IMG/VR virus record: IMGVR_UViG_3300035661_000025
Coordinates: 1-64,000 of that record
DNA length: 64,000 nt
Origin: a virus
Direction: 5' to 3' (one strand)
The position numbers and the translations under genes were made by a program. Positions 59,738-64,000 of the stretch are shown one piece after another; within the stretch, counting starts at the first letter, position 1; each line of letters begins with the position of its first letter. The notes beneath the pieces are model-generated. The model did not search any database, was not told the DNA's origin, and was given only the letters and a program-made list of their open reading frames with translations.

Positions 59738-60589
59738 ATGACCTCAAAAATTCAAGAAAAAGACCCATTCGGTCATAGAATTAAAGAATATGAAGCAAGT
59801 GCAGAGATTTATTTGGATAAATCCAAATACTCCATCATGCGAATTGATGGGCACGGCTTTTCTAAATGGACGAAAGGTTTCTCAAAACCTTTCGATGAAT
59901 TTTTAGCAAATGCATTAGCAGAAACAGCTAGAGCATTGATGGATGAATTTAAAGCAGTTTGCGCTTATTCTCAATCTGACGAAATCACCTTGATTTTTGC
60001 TCCAGATGATAACTTGATTTATTCTGGAAGAATTCAAAAACTAACTTCATTAGCGGCATCATTTGCTTCAATGAAGTTCAATGAATTAATCAGAGAAACT
60101 CTTAGTAAATTATACACTGAGAAAGAAGGTTTGATGCGTGTTAGATCTGCTTCTGTTGAATTATCTAAAGAATATGATAAAATTAACAATAAGGTTTCTT
60201 TTTTGGAGACAAAAATTGGAAGAGCATTTTTTGATGCTCGAGTTTTTCAAGTTCCAGATAAAACTGAGGCATTTAATTCACTTTTATGGAGAACCAGAGA
60301 TTGTGAACGAAACTCTAAAAACGTTTTTGCTCAAAGTATTCTATCCCATAAAGAATGTCAAAACAAAACAAGCAATGAACTAGTTGAGATATGTGAAGAG
60401 CTTGGTCATTTTTGGAGCGATATTCCAGATAAATACAAATATGGAATTCTTTGGAAAAAAGAAACGTATTTGAAACAGCCAGAAAACCCAGAGTTAGAAC
60501 CATGTTTCAGAACAAGATTCATCCAAATCATTAAGAGATTGAATTACTCAGACGAGAATGTTGAAATGGTGCTTTGTAATAAACTTTAA
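59738..60589 (+). CDS. tRNA-His guanylyltransferase / Thg1-like 3'-5' polymerase
   Basis: RIDGHGFS, YSQSDEI, GRIQKL, FDAR, WR..D. Confidence 0.92.
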   Translation: MTSKIQEKDPFGHRIKEYEASAEIYLDKSKYSIMRIDGHGFSKWTKGFSKPFDEFLANALAETARALMDEFKAVCAYSQSDEITLIFAPDDNLIYSGRIQKLTSLAASFASMKFNELIRETLSKLYTEKEGLMRVRSASVELSKEYDKINNKVSFLETKIGRAFFDARVFQVPDKTEAFNSLLWRTRDCERNSKNVFAQSILSHKECQNKTSNELVEICEELGHFWSDIPDKYKYGILWKKETYLKQPENPELEPCFRTRFIQIIKRLNYSDENVEMVLCNKL

Positions 60590-60736
60590 TAAGTTTCAAA
60601 GGTAATTTCTGTTATAATTAAATGTAAGAAAGAAGGAGTCCTATGGCGTATTTTTTAACAATTACATTCATTGCTATAATGATGTATGGCGTATTTTCAT
60701 CTTGTAATGTATTTTCAGAATTGAAGGGTAGAATAA

Positions 60737-61111
60737 ATGTTAATTAGCAATATACGAAGTGTATTAGAGATTTGTTTCAAATCTAATGAAACTTTAATGA
60801 TTGAAGGCCCTCATGGGATTGGAAAATCAGAGGTTGTAGCTAATTTTGCTACAGAAAATAATATGCATAATGAAACATTATTCTTGTCCAACCAAGAAGT
60901 GGGTGATTTGATTGGTATGCCACGTTCAATAGAACGTAATGGTGAGGTTATTCATACATGGACGAAACCTATTTGGTTACAAAAAATGGAAGAAGCGGTT
61001 ATGCCCGCTAAATTCGATGTAGATGATTTAGAATTTTCGGATGAGGACTTCAAGGCTTTCGTTTACTCAAAACTAAAGGAATTGAATGAAGTTAGTAAGG
61101 GACAAATATAA
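60737..61111 (+). CDS. MoxR-like AAA+ ATPase, N-terminal half
   Basis: Walker A GPHGIGKS, EVGDLIGMP, KPIW; no Walker B. Confidence 0.85.
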   Translation: MLISNIRSVLEICFKSNETLMIEGPHGIGKSEVVANFATENNMHNETLFLSNQEVGDLIGMPRSIERNGEVIHTWTKPIWLQKMEEAVMPAKFDVDDLEFSDEDFKAFVYSKLKELNEVSKGQI

Positions 61112-61613
61112 AGATATAATCCCAGAAGATAAGTTATTTTATATTGAACAAACAGATAAAAAAAGTTTAATAAAATATCTTTCTTTAAAACTAAAAGAGG
61201 AAACTCAAGAGTTTATAGATACTGGATTGACATCTCTAGAAGAACTAGCGGATATTATGGAAGTTTTAGATACCATAATGGAAACATTTGGAATCAATCC
61301 TGATGAGTTGGCGAATGTAGCTAAAAATAAAAATGAAGAAAAAGGGTCTTTTAAAGATTATCTTCTATATGATGATTCTGTTCCAGAAGAAGCAAAAAAT
61401 AATGGCGGAAGCACAGATTATTATAAACTTCCTGCGGGAGCTAAAGATTTGCAAGATCTCATTGAATTTAAAAATATGAACTTTTCTCAAGGTAATATAT
61501 TCAAAGCTATGTATAGATCTGGCGTAGAGCATCATTCGACATATGAAAGAGATTTGAATAAAATTATTTTCTTTGCAAAAAGAGAGTTAAACCGAATTAA
61601 AGGAGACTCATGA
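61086..61613 (+). CDS. MazG/PRA-PH-like pyrophosphatase fused to small DUF3310-like domain
   Basis: KLVRDK, EELADIMEV; GGSTDYY..DLIE..MNFSQGNIFKA. Confidence 0.75.
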   Translation: MKLVRDKYKDIIPEDKLFYIEQTDKKSLIKYLSLKLKEETQEFIDTGLTSLEELADIMEVLDTIMETFGINPDELANVAKNKNEEKGSFKDYLLYDDSVPEEAKNNGGSTDYYKLPAGAKDLQDLIEFKNMNFSQGNIFKAMYRSGVEHHSTYERDLNKIIFFAKRELNRIKGDS

Positions 61614-62134
61614 AAGTAATAAATTTTTTCGGCGGTCCAGGTACCGGAAAAAGCACTACAGCTGCAGGATTGTTTCATTTAATGAAAACAATGGGTTATA
61701 AAGTAGAATTGGTAACAGAATACGCCAAAGACGTAGTTTATCAAGAATCATTTTTTAAACTTAAAGATCAATTGTATATTTTTACTAAACAACATCATAA
61801 GCTGTGGAAACTTAGAGGAAAAGTAGATTATGTTATAACGGATAGCCCGTTATTGTTATCGTTACATTACTTTCAAGAAAACCCCATTTATAATGAAGAT
61901 AATTTCAAAGCTTTTGTTAAAAGCACATATGATGCTTATGACAATATAAATATTTATCTCATCAGGAATTTAGACCATCACCCATATCAGGGATATGGTC
62001 GAACTCAATCAGAATCTGAGGCGATACAGATAGATCGAGATCTTGTAGAGTTGTTGACACAAAATAAGGTTCAATATTCATCTAAACTAATTACTTCAAG
62101 TATTGTTCAGGATGTTTTTGATATAATCAAATAA
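61610..62134 (+). CDS. NadR/Ttd14-like P-loop kinase
   Basis: GGPGTGKST, EYAKD, ITDSP, GR.Q. Confidence 0.75.
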   Translation: MKVINFFGGPGTGKSTTAAGLFHLMKTMGYKVELVTEYAKDVVYQESFFKLKDQLYIFTKQHHKLWKLRGKVDYVITDSPLLLSLHYFQENPIYNEDNFKAFVKSTYDAYDNINIYLIRNLDHHPYQGYGRTQSESEAIQIDRDLVELLTQNKVQYSSKLITSSIVQDVFDIIK

Positions 62135-62279
62135 CCTAAAAATGTAAGGTTATGTAACTTTTGTTTTTCTGGCAAATGAAACAAAAAGATAGTTACAATG
62201 ATTGAAGCACTTTCTTAAGAAAGTAGGTAAAAGATGATAGGTTTCATCTTCCAACGAAATTGAAAAAAGGAGATCAATA

Positions 62280-62993
62280 ATGGTAATAAATCCAATTGAT
62301 AATTTACGGAAATCTATTAGAATTCAACGAAATTTAATAGTCGGTTTAGTAGCACTTGTTGCAGTGACAGTGTATAGCGCTAAATTGTACATTGATTCGT
62401 ATTATAACGACATTCGTATTGAGAATAAGAATGTAAAAGAACTCAATGATAAAAAAGCTCAAGAAATCGAGCGCCTTAAGAAAGATTTGGAAAGAAATGA
62501 AGCTGAGTTGAAGAAATTTAATGTTCAGAAACAAGTAATTTCAATGTATATTAAGGAGAAAAATCCTAAAGTTGATGATAAAGAAGCTGCTTATTATGCT
62601 ACTGAAATCATCAAATCCTCAAACAAGTATGAAAATGTTAAACATACGGTTTTAACCGGTTTAATAGATTCTGAATCTTCTTTTAAGAAGAATGTCAAAC
62701 ACAATGCTGGATCATCTATACACATTGGTGTAAAAGGATTTACAGGAGTTGCTTCAGGTATATGGTCTAAAGAATTGATTGCCAATCATGTTATCCGAAA
62801 ACCAAGTGATTTGGAAATTCCAAAATACGCTATAGCCGCCGGGGCATATATTTTGAACAAATATTCTAAACATCAGTCCACGTTTGAGGCACTAGTTGAT
62901 TATAAATCAGACTGTCCTTTAGGTAGAAAACAAGCTCTAGATGTTTTAGCTAGAGCTGATAAAATCAAAAGAATGGAAGAAAGATATGCTTAA
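62280..62993 (+). CDS. Membrane-anchored lytic transglycosylase (SLT-like)
   Basis: N-terminal TM, coiled coil, SESSF catalytic Glu, GAYIL, AL..Y. Confidence 0.75.
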   Translation: MVINPIDNLRKSIRIQRNLIVGLVALVAVTVYSAKLYIDSYYNDIRIENKNVKELNDKKAQEIERLKKDLERNEAELKKFNVQKQVISMYIKEKNPKVDDKEAAYYATEIIKSSNKYENVKHTVLTGLIDSESSFKKNVKHNAGSSIHIGVKGFTGVASGIWSKELIANHVIRKPSDLEIPKYAIAAGAYILNKYSKHQSTFEALVDYKSDCPLGRKQALDVLARADKIKRMEERYA

Positions 62994-63336
62994 TTTTTTC
63001 AAAAAAGAAAATCCCGATTTTACAATAATCGGGAAAGATTCTACATTTAAAGGCGAGATAACCAGTTCTCATCAAGTTTACATAAAAGGCACTGTAGAAG
63101 CTAATAAAATCATAGCTAAAAGTGTTTTTATTGAAGTTGGAGGTTCTTTAACTGCCGATATAGAATGTTCCGAAGTTTTTATCGCTGGAGTTTATAAAGG
63201 AAACATTAATTGTAGTAATATCACTATTGAACCTACCGGTGACGTAGAATCAGATATTACTTATACATCTATGTTGAATATAAATCCAAACTGCACATAT
63301 AATGGAACCATAAAAAAATCTTTAAATTCCGTTTAA
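62986..63336 (+). CDS. Bactofilin (polymer-forming cytoskeletal protein)
   Basis: TIIGKDSTFKGEI...YIKGTVEA...IAGVYKGNI...GDVESDI beta-helix repeats. Confidence 0.88.
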   Translation: MLNFFKKENPDFTIIGKDSTFKGEITSSHQVYIKGTVEANKIIAKSVFIEVGGSLTADIECSEVFIAGVYKGNINCSNITIEPTGDVESDITYTSMLNINPNCTYNGTIKKSLNSV

Positions 63337-63399
63337 ATTATCAGGTTGTTTTAAGCAACAACCTGATATAATAATACAAATAAACCTTCAGGAATGATT

Positions 63400-64000
63400 A
63401 TGATAATAACTCGAGAAATCCTTCAAAACTTATACAATCAGTATTATGAAACAGACCACAGTCTGTTGAGCAAACACAACACTCACGTTCATTATTCAAA
63501 AGGTAAACACACCTCATTATTACTAGATGAGTTAAATCGTGCACCATTGGATATAAGACAAGCTGCACTTCAATTAATCCTAAGCAAACAAATACATCAA
63601 CATACATTACCTTATTTTAAAGGTATTCCGGCTATGGTTACAGCTTGTATTAATCCAGAAGATGGATATCAAGTTGAAGCTATGGACCCAGCATTGCTAG
63701 ACAGATTTTTAACATTAAATGTTACTGTTGATGCAAACGCTTGGCTAAAATGGGCGGAAAATCATGATGTCTTAAAAGTTATTAGATCTTTCATTCGTGA
63801 TAATCCAGACAAATTACATTGGAGTTCAGTAGAAGTTCAAGATTCAAAATATCCTACTCCACGAGCATGGACTAAATTATCGGACGTTCTTAAAAACATC
63901 CCAAATGCCAAGAAAAATCCTTTGACTTTAGATTTAATAAAAGGAAAAATTGGAGAGAGTATTGGGACTCGTTTTTATACTTATTTTTGTAAATTTGATG
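63400..64000 (+). CDS. MoxR-like AAA+ ATPase, C-terminal half (runs off window; not in ORF track)
   Basis: Promoter at 63364, AGGA RBS; Walker B LLLDELNRA, sensor-1 INP, Arg finger DPALLDRF, PTPRAW; no Walker A. Confidence 0.88.
   Translation, partial: MIITREILQNLYNQYYETDHSLLSKHNTHVHYSKGKHTSLLLDELNRAPLDIRQAALQLILSKQIHQHTLPYFKGIPAMVTACINPEDGYQVEAMDPALLDRFLTLNVTVDANAWLKWAENHDVLKVIRSFIRDNPDKLHWSSVEVQDSKYPTPRAWTKLSDVLKNIPNAKKNPLTLDLIKGKIGESIGTRFYTYFCKFD

Noticed and set aside
62135-62279. c-di-GMP-I riboswitch
   Set aside because: GGCAAA is present, but the following GNRA stem and GCAAA/P3 elements are not.
60990-63520. Split intein or group I intron joining the AAA halves
   Set aside because: No Cys/Ser-start or His-Asn intein blocks, no recognisable intron core, and the intervening genes are not homing endonucleases.
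27-63607. Short antisense or nested ORFs in the track (e.g. 27-260, 8243-8515, 13695-14030, 17849-18160, 29877-30134, 38294-38521, 43242-43508, 60138-60383, 63398-63607)
   Set aside because: They shadow well-supported genes and lack RBS, promoters or motifs.
1-64000. Genome-wide TAG recoding
   Set aside because: All long core genes are intact under code 11, and most TAG stops sit at normal gene boundaries.
1-64000. tRNA/rRNA genes, transposases, homing endonucleases
   Set aside because: No cloverleaf, rRNA or mobile-nuclease signatures were recognised by eye; a tRNAscan/HMM run would be needed to exclude them fully.

Overview
AT-rich 64 kb segment of a large T4-like myovirus genome. About 30 copies of a (T/C)TAAG-N7-9-TGWTATAAT extended -10 promoter point to a Campylobacterota host (inference). 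T4 core genes are present in scrambled order: gp41, gp61, gp43, gp45, gp62, gp32, gp39+60, gp52, UvsW, UvsY, Rnh, gp49, gp13, gp4, gp2 and a capsid-fold paralog. They sit among many accessory genes: FolE, ThyX, dCMP deaminase, CCA-adding enzyme, Rnl2, Thg1-like, NAD kinase, HD-CoaD, TonB-dependent receptor and Cas4-like nuclease. No tRNA genes, introns, inteins or true CRISPR array were seen. Most notable are: (1) a MoxR-type AAA+ ATPase split into two separately promoted genes, with the second half missing from the ORF track; (2) a membrane-anchored lytic transglycosylase plus bactofilin operon between the halves, a candidate phage cell-shape module; (3) an unannotated 38-aa ArfA-like peptide within a wider tRNA-repair and ribosome-rescue kit; (4) a C-rich 27-nt repeat-spacer-repeat element; (5) a Cas4-like gene that appears to start at ATA; (6) about 12 late genes with capsid-targeting-like N-termini. 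All calls are from motif recognition by eye; no searches were run.
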